The notes under the pieces: model-generated
What the model saw: the letters and a program-made list of their open reading frames with translations, nothing else
Database searches by the model: none
What the model was told of the DNA's origin: nothing
DNA from: an uncultured virus (IMG/VR IMGVR_UViG_3300008113_000017)
Lineage: Duplodnaviria > Heunggongvirae > Uroviricota > Caudoviricetes
Reading direction: 5' to 3' (one strand)
IMG/VR virus record: IMGVR_UViG_3300008113_000017
DNA length: 20,000 bases
Program-made: the position numbers and the translations under genes
In this document: piece after piece, positions 1 through 7,935 of the stretch
Position numbering within the stretch: position 1 is the stretch's first letter
How the letters are laid out: each line of letters begins with the position of its first letter

Positions 1-1821
1 TAGAACTTCGGAAGCGGTTTGTCCGATAATCTTACTTGCTTCGACAACATTGTTAGAAACTGAAATCAGTTTGGCATCAGTATTCTTCACGATGAAACTA
101 GCACCCGCAACGGAGTTGTCGTAGCCAATCCATAGAACAGCCACGCCATTACGCTTACACTCGTCTAGCCACTCTTTCGCTTTACGACTTTCAGGGTTAG
201 TGAAGTTTCCATCCGATACAACGACAAGCAATCTCGCCCCTGTTCCGTAAAGTAAGTTGGACATACCATCTACCGCTTGGAACGCAGTATCGAATTGCTC
301 TGTCCAATCACTAGCCGAATACACTTCGACTTCTTCTAGGTGTTGTCCGACAGATAGAGCAGGGAATACATCAGCACCGAAATAGACCATAGCGGTTCTC
401 GCCTGAACTCGCCTACCCGCTTCGGATAGAACCCAAGCGGTAGTTGCCATAGGGTTCATGGCAGAACCCATAGAACCCGAGATGTCCACCATCACGCCAA
501 TAGTCAGCGTAGGCTCGTCAGTTTGTTTTCTAGTCTTGGTTTTCCATAACTCGATTGGAGTGTGGATGCCCTTTGATTTTAGAGCCTTGCTCTGAACTAA
601 GGCACGACTTCTAAGTTTGCCAGCAGGAACGACTTGGTTATGAACGACAACATCTCTCTCACGATACTTCGCCTTTTCGAGCAACTTGGCAACGAGAACC
701 GCAGACGACCTTTCCAACGAAGTTGGTTTTCTTCTCTCGACTAATCGAGAGTTAGTGTTGCCACTTGGTTCACCATCACGCTTTTTGTTTTCGAGAATAC
801 GCTTGGCGATTTTCTTGTTTGTTTCTCTTTGTTTCGCCTGTTTCGCACTCGACCTAACTTCATCCGCCCAATTCTCGGATAACTGTTGCTCGTCAATTTC
901 AGTTTGACCAGATAGAGAAGTGTTGTCGGCATCTTCATTTAGAGCATCAACAAGTTTTTTGATTTTGCCCTTGCCACTTTTGCCACGACCTTTTCCAGCT
1001 TCGCCATCTTCGCCATCTTCGCCATCTTCACTACCGCCACTTGGATAATGGCATCCACCATCGGGTTCTTGTCCAGCATCTTCGGAAAGTTTCTTCACGA
1101 TACTTTCCCATCTTCTAGCCAACTCGTAAAGTGGTTCAGCGTTAGCGTGGTCAGCGTGGTTCTGAAACTCGATCCAGACTTCACGAAGTTCTGCCAACCC
1201 ATCAGCACCAATCAGTTCCATCAGAACTGAATTGACCGCAACTACATCTTCGGGTTCGAGAACGCCAGCATCAACTCTCGCAAGTGTTAGACCAGCCAAG
1301 TAAGCACCAGCACGAACTAGCCCCATGTTTTCGAGTGCCTTATCAAGTTCGGCAAGCACGACTTCGAGAACAGAAACTCGCAGAAACGCTTTCTTATTTG
1401 GTTGAGCAATAACTCCCCACTTCTCAATTCTCGTTTCTTCGAGCAGGTGTAGCGCACCGAACTCGTTTTCATTGAGAACCTTGCTCGCATCTTCGAGTGA
1501 GTAGAGAGAGAACTTGGCGTGGCAACTTTCGTGATAGAGAGTTCCGAACCCCCTAGCGTTATCGTATTGGACATCTCTACTTCTGATGTCGCCAAGATTT
1601 TCAGGGGTAGTTCCATAACCGAAAGATTTTGGAATACATACTTCGACTTCCGAAGTATTAGGGTTGTATCGAGCAGGATTAGGTTGTTCAGTATCGGCAA
1701 CGAGAATAACTAGGTCGTTTCTATCCGACCACTCATTTACCAACTGTCCTAAGTCAGCACCTACTTTGAGCCACTCTTTCGGAGTGGTTGTTTTGATTTC
1801 TTCATTTGAGAAGTGAGCCAT
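1..1821 (-). CDS. vWA (MIDAS) domain protein with N-terminal HExxH metallopeptidase-like domain (CobT-like AAA partner); 3' end runs off the window
   Basis: Not in ORF track (no stop in window). Manual translation from ATG 1821 (RBS AACGAAAGGAA) stays open to position 1, at least 607 aa: MAHFSNEEIKTTTPKEWLKVG...LYHESCHAKFS (1519-1533)...LLEETRIE...EDGEDGEDGE linker...IGVMVDISGSM (DxSxS, 472-486)...RLLVVVSDG. Adjacent to a MoxR-type ATPase. Confidence 0.88.
   Translation of the reverse strand, partial: MAHFSNEEIKTTTPKEWLKVGADLGQLVNEWSDRNDLVILVADTEQPNPARYNPNTSEVEVCIPKSFGYGTTPENLGDIRSRDVQYDNARGFGTLYHESCHAKFSLYSLEDASKVLNENEFGALHLLEETRIEKWGVIAQPNKKAFLRVSVLEVVLAELDKALENMGLVRAGAYLAGLTLARVDAGVLEPEDVVAVNSVLMELIGADGLAELREVWIEFQNHADHANAEPLYELARRWESIVKKLSEDAGQEPDGGCHYPSGGSEDGEDGEDGEAGKGRGKSGKGKIKKLVDALNEDADNTSLSGQTEIDEQQLSENWADEVRSSAKQAKQRETNKKIAKRILENKKRDGEPSGNTNSRLVERRKPTSLERSSAVLVAKLLEKAKYRERDVVVHNQVVPAGKLRSRALVQSKALKSKGIHTPIELWKTKTRKQTDEPTLTIGVMVDISGSMGSAMNPMATTAWVLSEAGRRVQARTAMVYFGADVFPALSVGQHLEEVEVYSASDWTEQFDTAFQAVDGMSNLLYGTGARLLVVVSDGNFTNPESRKAKEWLDECKRNGVAVLWIGYDNSVAGASFIVKNTDAKLISVSNNVVEASKIIGQTASEVL
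1000..1029. repeat. 9-bp tandem repeat (TTCGCCATC)x3 encoding the EDG linker
   Basis: Directly visible; in frame within the vWA gene between the two domains. Confidence 0.85.
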
Positions 1822-1848
1822 GATTTTTCCTTTCGTTAGGCTACTAGA

Positions 1849-1877
1849 AGTTTATAGATAGTTCTAAGTTTCCGCAA
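1849..1877 (-). promoter_or_regulatory. Sigma70/SigA-type promoter for the vWA gene
   Basis: Minus strand TTGCGG-17 bp-TAAACT, upstream of the RBS and ATG 1821. Confidence 0.55.
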
Positions 1878-1882
1878 GTCCA

Positions 1883-1930
1883 CCAGATCGACAACCGAGC
1901 TAATTTTCACTAGCTCGATTGCCGACTTGG
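1883..1930 (-). terminator. Long RNA hairpin (terminator or processing site) after the AAA ATPase gene
   Basis: Minus strand CCAAGTCGGCAATCGAGCTAGT-GAAA-ATTAGCTCGGTTGTCGATCTGG: 22-position stem with G-U pairs, one mismatch and a GNRA loop; no U-tract. Confidence 0.6.
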
Positions 1931-1950
1931 TTTTCTAGGGATAGGACAAC

Positions 1951-2976
1951 CTAGATTTTGGCAGGGCGACAATCTTTTCCGAACACTCGGGTAAAGACAT
2001 CAGCCACGATTGGTCTGTCCATTTCAGGCGAGCAAGCGAGCAAGTTGGCGATTGCCCAATCAGTTCCATAAGACTTCTCAATCTCTCGGAACGCAAGCAA
2101 CTCTCGGAATTGTGGCGACCAAGAAGTTTCACCTGAAAGTTGTTTCTTGGCGAGATTTTGACTTGCTGTAATTGCCAAGCGTGGAACGCCCAACTTTTTA
2201 GCAAGTTCCCAATCAGTAGTCATTTCGACTTGTAGCAAGCAACGAGATAACAAGGCTTCTGAAAGACGAACTCCGGGAGCATTAGGGTTGGTAGCACCAA
2301 CGACATAGAACCCATCTTTCGCCTTTACAGTTCCCCTTTCGGGATTTTGAGTGATGGTGATTTCTTTACGACCATCCATCAACCCATAGAGAGCAGATAG
2401 AACTTTTGGATCGATTAGTCCAATCTCGTCAATGAGAAGAACTTTCCCTTGCTCGGCAGATTTTACTAACGCACCATCCACCCACTCGAAATCGCCACTT
2501 GGAGTTTGGACATAGCCACCAATGAAATCCGAAAGTTCAGTATCGCCTGAACCGAGAATTGTATAAAGTTCATCCCCGAAACTTGCTTCGACCAATGCTG
2601 TCTTTCCGCAACCCGGGCTTCCATAGAGCAACGCATAGTGTCCAAGTTTTCTACCAAGTCGTAGCACTTCGACATCAGGCATACCTGACCATTGACGAGA
2701 GTAGTAGAAATCACCATTAGGTCTTTCATACTTTTCTAATCCATCTACCATAGGGGCATCCACGACACGAACTTTCTTTGGAGTTTTAGGGGTAGCACTT
2801 CTCTTGGTGAGAGAACTTGATTTGTTAGACCACTTATCGAGAACCGCTTTTGTTTCACTTGATAATGATACTTGCTGTTTGGCATAAGCGAGTAGAGCAG
2901 TTGGAAGTCCAACTTCGAGTGATGAAAGTTTTGATAAATCTTCCATAGTTGTTGTTGATACTTTGTATGTTGGCAT
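1951..2976 (-). CDS. MoxR/CbbQ/NorQ/CobS-like AAA+ ATPase (AAA_5)
   Basis: Walker A GSPGCGKT, Walker B LLIDEIG, sensor ATNP, LSEALLSR arginine finger, FEWVDGALV motif; paired with the downstream vWA gene. Confidence 0.92.
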   Translation of the reverse strand: MPTYKVSTTTMEDLSKLSSLEVGLPTALLAYAKQQVSLSSETKAVLDKWSNKSSSLTKRSATPKTPKKVRVVDAPMVDGLEKYERPNGDFYYSRQWSGMPDVEVLRLGRKLGHYALLYGSPGCGKTALVEASFGDELYTILGSGDTELSDFIGGYVQTPSGDFEWVDGALVKSAEQGKVLLIDEIGLIDPKVLSALYGLMDGRKEITITQNPERGTVKAKDGFYVVGATNPNAPGVRLSEALLSRCLLQVEMTTDWELAKKLGVPRLAITASQNLAKKQLSGETSWSPQFRELLAFREIEKSYGTDWAIANLLACSPEMDRPIVADVFTRVFGKDCRPAKI

Positions 2977-3000
2977 TTTGATTTGTCCTATCTTTTCTAA

Positions 3001-3486
3001 TTACGCCACGAATAATTCATCAGGGAAGCCAGCTTCTTTTCGAGTTCTAAGAACTCTACGAATTAGCCCCTGTGGAGTGTTGTATTTGCTAATGTCCATA
3101 GCATCTTGGAGTGATACTTCGAGAGTGATAACTTTGCCATCTCTAATCTTCCAATCTCTCTCAATCATGTAAGCAAGTTGAGTTTGGATCGGGGCGAGAA
3201 CTTCTGATGCTAATTGCTGTTTTACATCAGAAGATAGTGTCGTATCGAACTCGTGATTAGTTCCGACAAGTTTGGTATCAGCCACACTTGTCGAAATGTG
3301 GTTCATCTGCCATTGCGCTCTTGGCGACCAATTATTTACAGTTCGCCTAAGCATGGTGTTAGGAACTCTCTTACCATCCACGATTGCTGATGGAGTGAGA
3401 AGAACCTGTGCTGTTTCTTTTCCATTAGTAGATACGAACTCTAAATAGAGAGCCTGACCTACTAACTGACTTTGTGTTTCTTCCAT
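3001..3486 (-). CDS. Hypothetical protein (161 aa), first gene of the AAA/vWA module
   Basis: Clean ORF, RBS AACGAAAGG identical to that of the vWA gene, promoter upstream. Confidence 0.8.
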   Translation of the reverse strand: MEETQSQLVGQALYLEFVSTNGKETAQVLLTPSAIVDGKRVPNTMLRRTVNNWSPRAQWQMNHISTSVADTKLVGTNHEFDTTLSSDVKQQLASEVLAPIQTQLAYMIERDWKIRDGKVITLEVSLQDAMDISKYNTPQGLIRRVLRTRKEAGFPDELFVA

Positions 3487-3531
3487 TGGATAACCTTTCG
3501 TTGTAAGTTGGAAGTTGTTATTACCTAATCA

Positions 3532-3559
3532 ACCTTAGCGATTTTTCGTTGGAAGTCAA
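3532..3559 (-). promoter_or_regulatory. SigA-type promoter driving the leftward module
   Basis: TTGACT-16 bp-TAAGGT on the minus strand with AT-rich sequence upstream. Confidence 0.55.
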
Positions 3560-3637
3560 GTTAGATTTATATAATTCTCAAATATTTTTTCCGGATCTTC
3601 TGTTGGCCTAGATCGATAAATGAACTACTATAGAACT

Positions 3638-3961
3638 ATGTGTTACGCGTGCAGTGATTATGTATATGAAGAAGCTTGTCCTGATGAGTTTCCGGGATGT
3701 CAAGGTGAATGCAGTGGCTTTAGCTGTATGGATTGCTCCGGAAATACTTTGCATCTGAACGAGTTCTATATGGTCCACGACCACGTGTGGGATTCAGTAA
3801 TCTCCAAGGCCGAAACAAGGGGAATGATTTGTATTGGTTGCCTTGAGCTTCGACTAGGTCGTCTATTGAATGCAGCAGACTTTACTGATGCCCCAGTCAA
3901 CAGTGGGTTCGTTGAGCGATCCCCCAGGCTAATCGACAGAATGACGAGCGAAGATAACTAG
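3638..3961 (+). CDS. Cys-rich hypothetical phage protein (probable Zn-binding)
   Basis: CxxC motifs and FYMVHDHVW...CIGCLELRLGRLL..ADF pattern. Start moved from 3620 to 3638 because TTGGCC-17-TACTAT-6nt-ATG fits a leaderless start. Confidence 0.75.
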   Translation: MCYACSDYVYEEACPDEFPGCQGECSGFSCMDCSGNTLHLNEFYMVHDHVWDSVISKAETRGMICIGCLELRLGRLLNAADFTDAPVNSGFVERSPRLIDRMTSEDN

Positions 3962-4191
3962 TCTTCCACCGGGATTACGATTGGGAATCCTTCCCAAACC
4001 ACTTCGTGCTCTTCGTCGTCCTTAGGGTACCCAATGAAATCGTCTCCAATGAGATCTGGGTCTGCATCAATCTCAATCATGACTTCGTCAGGGTCTGCAC
4101 TCTCTGATTCGTAGAGTCCATCCAACTCAATGTTTGTTGCTACCCCATCAATAGTGACGTCCCAGTAAACGCGATACTTATATTTCTTCAT
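3958..4191 (-). CDS. Acidic hypothetical protein (77 aa), leaderless
   Basis: ORF preceded by TTGACT-17-TAAACT-6nt-ATG. Confidence 0.75.
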   Translation of the reverse strand: MKKYKYRVYWDVTIDGVATNIELDGLYESESADPDEVMIEIDADPDLIGDDFIGYPKDDEEHEVVWEGFPIVIPVED

Positions 4192-4197
4192 AGAGCC

Positions 4198-4226
4198 AGT
4201 TTACTGTTGCAGGCATCGGAAGTCAA
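4198..4226 (-). promoter_or_regulatory. SigA-type leaderless promoter
   Basis: TTGACT (4226-4221), 17 bp, TAAACT (4203-4198), 6 nt before ATG 4191. Confidence 0.7.
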
Positions 4227-4322
4227 GAGGATCTCCTGGCGGCCGGAAACTTCTCACCAGCTCGTTAAAAGTTATGAAGGCGATCCGGATCTGAGCTCAT
4301 CAGCTCAGCTGTTATTTCTTCG

Positions 4323-4562
4323 TTAAAAGTTTCCTGGATCTATCACGGGCAGCGCACAGTCGCTACATATGAAGTACTCGAGGTCCTCCCCGTCTACGTC
4401 TCCCAACACCAGGACACACGGTATGAAGTCTTCCTCGTGATAAGCTACGGCTTCTTTACAGTTCTCACAGAACTCATCGGATCTGAATATGACCAGTCCG
4501 GTATCCTCTGCTAGGTTAGCATCGGTTTCATCGTTAATAATGTGCAGCTCTACTTGTTGCAT
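4323..4562 (-). CDS. Acidic Zn-ribbon-like hypothetical protein (79 aa)
   Basis: CENC...CSDC; RBS GGAGG. Confidence 0.75.
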   Translation of the reverse strand: MQQVELHIINDETDANLAEDTGLVIFRSDEFCENCKEAVAYHEEDFIPCVLVLGDVDGEDLEYFICSDCALPVIDPGNF

Positions 4563-4679
4563 TTAGTACCTCCAATAAGATACTAATACACCCAGCGGTT
4601 AGGCTATTTGGACGTGTGCTATACACTCGCCGCTCGATGCTCGCCGTACACTGCAGCGCGTAACTTCTAACGTAGTTTG

Positions 4680-4949
4680 TTAGAAGCTACCATCCTCTTC
4701 ACGGTACTGATCCGCTCGCCAGACAGACGGTGAATGGTTCTCCTCGACGTCCCGTTTCATAGACTCATCCTCGTACATACGTACAACGTGATAACAAGGG
4801 TCCTCGCCGTTATCGTAGGCTTCGTCTTCCTGAGCTGACGTTGGCAGGCCGTCATGCGGTACACATACCGGTGGTCCTACCCAACCTTCACGCAGGCCGA
4901 TCTTCATCCAGACGTCAAAAGTGATTTCGTTAAAAGTGGTGTCATTCAT
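4680..4949 (-). CDS. Hypothetical phage protein (89 aa), leaderless
   Basis: GWVGPPVCVPHDGLP...GEDPCYHVVR with possible Cys/His metal ligands; leaderless promoter. Confidence 0.78.
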   Translation of the reverse strand: MNDTTFNEITFDVWMKIGLREGWVGPPVCVPHDGLPTSAQEDEAYDNGEDPCYHVVRMYEDESMKRDVEENHSPSVWRADQYREEDGSF

Positions 4950-4955
4950 GAGCTC

Positions 4956-4984
4956 ATCCTAACATGCCTCGCCGTCAAAGTCAA
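4956..4984 (-). promoter_or_regulatory. SigA-type leaderless promoter
   Basis: TTGACT (4984-4979), 17 bp, TAGGAT (4961-4956), 6 nt before ATG 4949. Confidence 0.7.
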
Positions 4985-4985
4985 C

Positions 4986-5306
4986 TTACAACCTTGCACA
5001 GCGTTTCGTGAATTGTGCAAGCTCTGCTAGCTCGCCGTTATGTTTAATCCGACCGTAAAACCTTCCCGCGGATTGGGTGAAAATAGTCTTCTCATCAAAG
5101 ATGATCCCGATCTCGTAAAGCAGTGCTTCAACTTCTGACGAAGACAGTGATGAGAATCCCAGTCCCATGTAGATCGATTTGTAGTGGGAGTCCCGTTTGT
5201 AGACTTCAAGCACATATTCGACTGGCCGTGCTTCAGGCCGCTTTCGAATCATAATCTCTTTATGTGCTTTCATACCACGCTGTGCAATGGTGAGTGCTGA
5301 TTGCAT
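4986..5306 (-). CDS. Hypothetical protein (106 aa)
   Basis: TAATG coupling to the upstream gene at 5306. Confidence 0.65.
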   Translation of the reverse strand: MQSALTIAQRGMKAHKEIMIRKRPEARPVEYVLEVYKRDSHYKSIYMGLGFSSLSSSEVEALLYEIGIIFDEKTIFTQSAGRFYGRIKHNGELAELAQFTKRCARL

Positions 5307-5590
5307 TAGTCGTCCTCCTCATCGATCTCACGTAGAACCTTGAATCCTACATACTCGAGGATGGTTGTTTTTGCCAGCTCGTACTGCTCCTGGTTGTCAA
5401 AGTAGAAACCAATCCTGTGGTCAACGTCAAAGTTCTCATCAAACACTGCGATGCCATCTCCAATGGCAACTAGAATTTCATGCTCTTCATACATTGGGTG
5501 GGCGGGGTCTTCATACTCTGTAATCATGACGTCGACGTATGTGAGTCGATTGTCAGGGTCGAGCGTGTAATCGTAATCGTAATTTGTCAT
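5306..5590 (-). CDS. Acidic hypothetical protein (94 aa)
   Basis: RBS GAAGGAG; ATGA overlap with the upstream small gene. Confidence 0.75.
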   Translation of the reverse strand: MTNYDYDYTLDPDNRLTYVDVMITEYEDPAHPMYEEHEILVAIGDGIAVFDENFDVDHRIGFYFDNQEQYELAKTTILEYVGFKVLREIDEEDD

Positions 5591-5745
5591 TCGTTGTCTC
5601 CTTCAAACTCGACGTTATCATAAGTGCCCTCTTCTTTGCAAGGTTCGCAAATCCAGATGGTGGTGCCATCGATCCCTGGTGCTCCATAACTGGCAGTCAT
5701 TTCATGACAGTTGTCGCAGACGTACTCGTCTTTGGGCTGAATCAT
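5587..5745 (-). CDS. Small Zn-ribbon protein (52 aa), below ORF-track cutoff
   Basis: MIQPKDEYVCDNCHEM...WICEPCKEEG...; RBS AGGAG; stop overlaps the next ATG; TTGACA-18-TATTAT upstream (5801-5772). Confidence 0.7.
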   Translation of the reverse strand: MIQPKDEYVCDNCHEMTASYGAPGIDGTTIWICEPCKEEGTYDNVEFEGDNE

Positions 5746-5797
5746 AATTCTCCTAACTTAGGTGTAGTTGAATAATAACTCCGGCCCTACAGGTTTG

Positions 5798-6598
5798 TCA
5801 AGTCAAAACAGAAAAAAGTTTTGTTTTCGCAGAAAGTGCTAGCAAGCTGTTTTGATCGGGGAGACCAGTTGCATCGTCTCCAACATAACCAATCTTTCGT
5901 TGGAAGTTTGCGAAGGCGCTACGCGTCTGAGCGTCGTAAGTTCCTCTCTTCGCATTCCGGAGTCCGACTTCTTGAGCCAAGGCCAGCTGGATGAGCTCGA
6001 CGTCCCGGCAAGGTTTTAACGAAAGAACTCGTGATAAGTTTACCGGAGGCTGCCGGATCTCCCCCTCCGGATCTTTCAACCGGTTTCGTGAAAAGTCTGG
6101 ACGTCCAAAGCCCAGCACATCCGTCAGGTACCTGGTGCGTTCAAAGATTCCGTTACGGTCCTGAGGTCCCTTCAGCAGTCCAGTGTCAACGTTAGCTTCG
6201 ATCGTTTTAAAGCTTCCGTTAAAAGTTACACCCGTCACGTCTGTGACGATCCCCACATGTGGCATCTCGAAATGGGCACCCGTTGAGAAGTTAAAGAAGA
6301 CGACGTCTCCTGGTTTGGGATTCACGTAAAGTCGACCCGTTCGTAAAAAGTTTGCTGCAGCAGCTGGGGTATACACGCAACTGGGAATATCGACGTCGGT
6401 TACCTTCGCTACGTAATCAATAAACGATCCAGACCAAGGCTGGCCGCTATACCCGCTACGCTCGCCGTAGTACGATACACGTCCAGCTTGGCTTCTATAA
6501 CCCAGATGGCTCGCCGCCTCCTCCAGGAATGCACGTAACTTTTCACGACGTCCGTTAGATCCAGATCCAGATCCAGATCTTCCTCGCCGGCTAAACAT
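5798..6598 (-). CDS. Endolysin-like protein: CHAP-like domain plus C-terminal peptidoglycan-binding domain
   Basis: QPWSGSF...CVYTPAAA...PKPGDVVFFNF...HVGIV...KTIEAN...VLGFGRP matches the CHAP layout. DVELIQLAL...GTYDAQTRSAFANFQRKIG...ATGLPD matches PG_binding_1. Confidence 0.82.
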   Translation of the reverse strand: MFSRRGRSGSGSGSNGRREKLRAFLEEAASHLGYRSQAGRVSYYGERSGYSGQPWSGSFIDYVAKVTDVDIPSCVYTPAAAANFLRTGRLYVNPKPGDVVFFNFSTGAHFEMPHVGIVTDVTGVTFNGSFKTIEANVDTGLLKGPQDRNGIFERTRYLTDVLGFGRPDFSRNRLKDPEGEIRQPPVNLSRVLSLKPCRDVELIQLALAQEVGLRNAKRGTYDAQTRSAFANFQRKIGYVGDDATGLPDQNSLLALSAKTKLFSVLT

Positions 6599-6757
6599 TT
6601 ACTGCTCCGTTAAAAGTTTCTCCAGGTAGCTCACCAGGTGCTGAGCTTCGTTGGCTCGAGTCGTCATGCGTATGTGATCGACGCGGTTTGCTGCCTGGCG
6701 AATGTCTTCTTCCAGACGTTGGGCATGTTCCCTGGCCGCTTCTAAAATTTGTTCCAC
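6599..6757 (-). CDS. Small helical hypothetical protein (52 aa)
   Basis: GTG after RBS AAGGAG: MEQILEAAREHAQRLEEDIRQAANRVDHIRMTTRANEAQHLVSYLEKLLTEQ; its TAA abuts ATG 6598. Preferred over track ORF 6591..6791. Confidence 0.72.
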   Translation of the reverse strand: MEQILEAAREHAQRLEEDIRQAANRVDHIRMTTRANEAQHLVSYLEKLLTEQ

Positions 6758-6759
6758 GG

Positions 6760-7743
6760 TCACTCCTTGACCTCGTTTGTATTGTTGTCATTCTCTTCGC
6801 TTTCTACGATCTCTGCATCTACTATATCATCTCGAACGTCCGTTTCAACCTCTACAGTGACACCCGTTGCTGCAAGGCTGGCCGCGTTTGACATGGCGTT
6901 GACGGCTAGCCGGTTCAGACGTTCAGCAATGATACTAGCAGCTGGACGTACGTCTAGGTTAACGTTCGCATCTAACTCTACACCACCACGCACGCCTGCG
7001 CGATCCAGAATCTCAGTGGCGGCTTTTAATTTTACCGGCTCAGATTCTGCGTTCGACATCATGTCTTCGAGAACGTCGACGGCGTAGGGAGCTGCCTGGG
7101 TTAACTTTGCACGAGCTCGTTCGATGTCATCTCCCGGACGTCTCTTCAAACTTCCTAGGTGGATCCGACACAGGCCGTCATCAGTCAGACGTCCAGAAGA
7201 CCAAAGTTGGCAGCGGATCCCGTCGTCTTTGATTGCGTTGCATCTGTGAGGGAGGGCGGCTGGCTTACGTTTAGAACTTTTAACGGGTTCCGTTTGTTCT
7301 TTGATCCAGGATCTGGTAGCACCGATGACCCAAGGCGGTACGAGGTAGTCGGTTGATTCTTCTGCGATGAGATCGTATCCGATGAGGTAGTCGGAGTTCT
7401 TATTTGATGGGTCCGTTAAAAGTGGTTTCTTTTCTGCAAGGCTCAACACTCGACGTTCGGTTAACATCTCGGAGCTGATGGCTTGGATCAATCCGGTTGG
7501 GACTCCGTTAGTGGCGTAGACAGGAGCCCAGTTTAGTTTCGATCGACGTAAGATGGCACGGTTCTCATACGTATCTTCACAAACACCACGGTCAGACTCT
7601 TGGATACCTAGCAGGGACAGATCTGGACGTAGGTTAATCGGTTCATCAATACGAACGTCGGGCTTCTCTATTTCGGGGGCGGAAAATGGGTTCGTATCCT
7701 CGCCGCTATCCTCGCCGGGGTCGACGTTTGTTGGGTCTGTCAT
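6760..7743 (-). CDS. Zn-finger DNA-binding protein, terminase small subunit-like
   Basis: RCNAIKDDGIRC...GLCRIHLG (HGGxSTG-like CCCH finger) followed by AAPYAVDVLEDMM..AESEPVKLKAATEILDRAG and an IVDAEIVE tail, a layout seen in actinophage TerS-like proteins. No TerL in the window. Confidence 0.6.
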   Translation of the reverse strand: MTDPTNVDPGEDSGEDTNPFSAPEIEKPDVRIDEPINLRPDLSLLGIQESDRGVCEDTYENRAILRRSKLNWAPVYATNGVPTGLIQAISSEMLTERRVLSLAEKKPLLTDPSNKNSDYLIGYDLIAEESTDYLVPPWVIGATRSWIKEQTEPVKSSKRKPAALPHRCNAIKDDGIRCQLWSSGRLTDDGLCRIHLGSLKRRPGDDIERARAKLTQAAPYAVDVLEDMMSNAESEPVKLKAATEILDRAGVRGGVELDANVNLDVRPAASIIAERLNRLAVNAMSNAASLAATGVTVEVETDVRDDIVDAEIVESEENDNNTNEVKE

Positions 7744-7762
7744 ATGGACGTCCGTTCTAAGA

Positions 7763-7869
7763 CTGGCCGCACCGCGGGGAGAGACATGGTGCGACCAGCC
7801 GATTTTTGCGTAAGGTGCTACGCGGTAAGGGGTCTCTTCCCGACGTCACCAATTTGCATTTTCGGTGAC
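7763..7869 (-). ncRNA. Candidate structured 5' leader or small RNA upstream of the TerS-like gene
   Basis: Three hairpins (7845-7869, 7808-7823, 7763-7798). G-U pairs in the outer two favour the minus strand. A CATACT -10-like box lies at 7881-7876. Confidence 0.4.
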
Positions 7870-7935
7870 GGTACTAGTATGGTGGAAAAGTTTTTTGGGT
7901 GAGTTGAGGGTGACGCGCACCTTCCGTTTACAAAC

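Noticed and set aside
1080..1260. Possible frameshift in the vWA gene, suspected because it is absent from the ORF track
   Set aside because: Codon-by-codon reading is open throughout; it is missing only because the stop lies outside the window.
686..1713. Track ORFs 686..907, 741..938, 1048..1230, 1317..1700 and 1519..1713
   Set aside because: Shadow or alternate-frame ORFs inside the continuous vWA gene (1821 to <1).
1..2976. Cobaltochelatase cobS/cobT annotation
   Set aside because: No cobN or other cobalamin genes in the window; a generic MoxR/vWA pair is the supportable call.
6591..6791. Track ORF MTTIQTRSRS...
   Set aside because: Low-complexity frame without a clear RBS; the alternate frame 6757..6599 has AAGGAG and fits the gap exactly.
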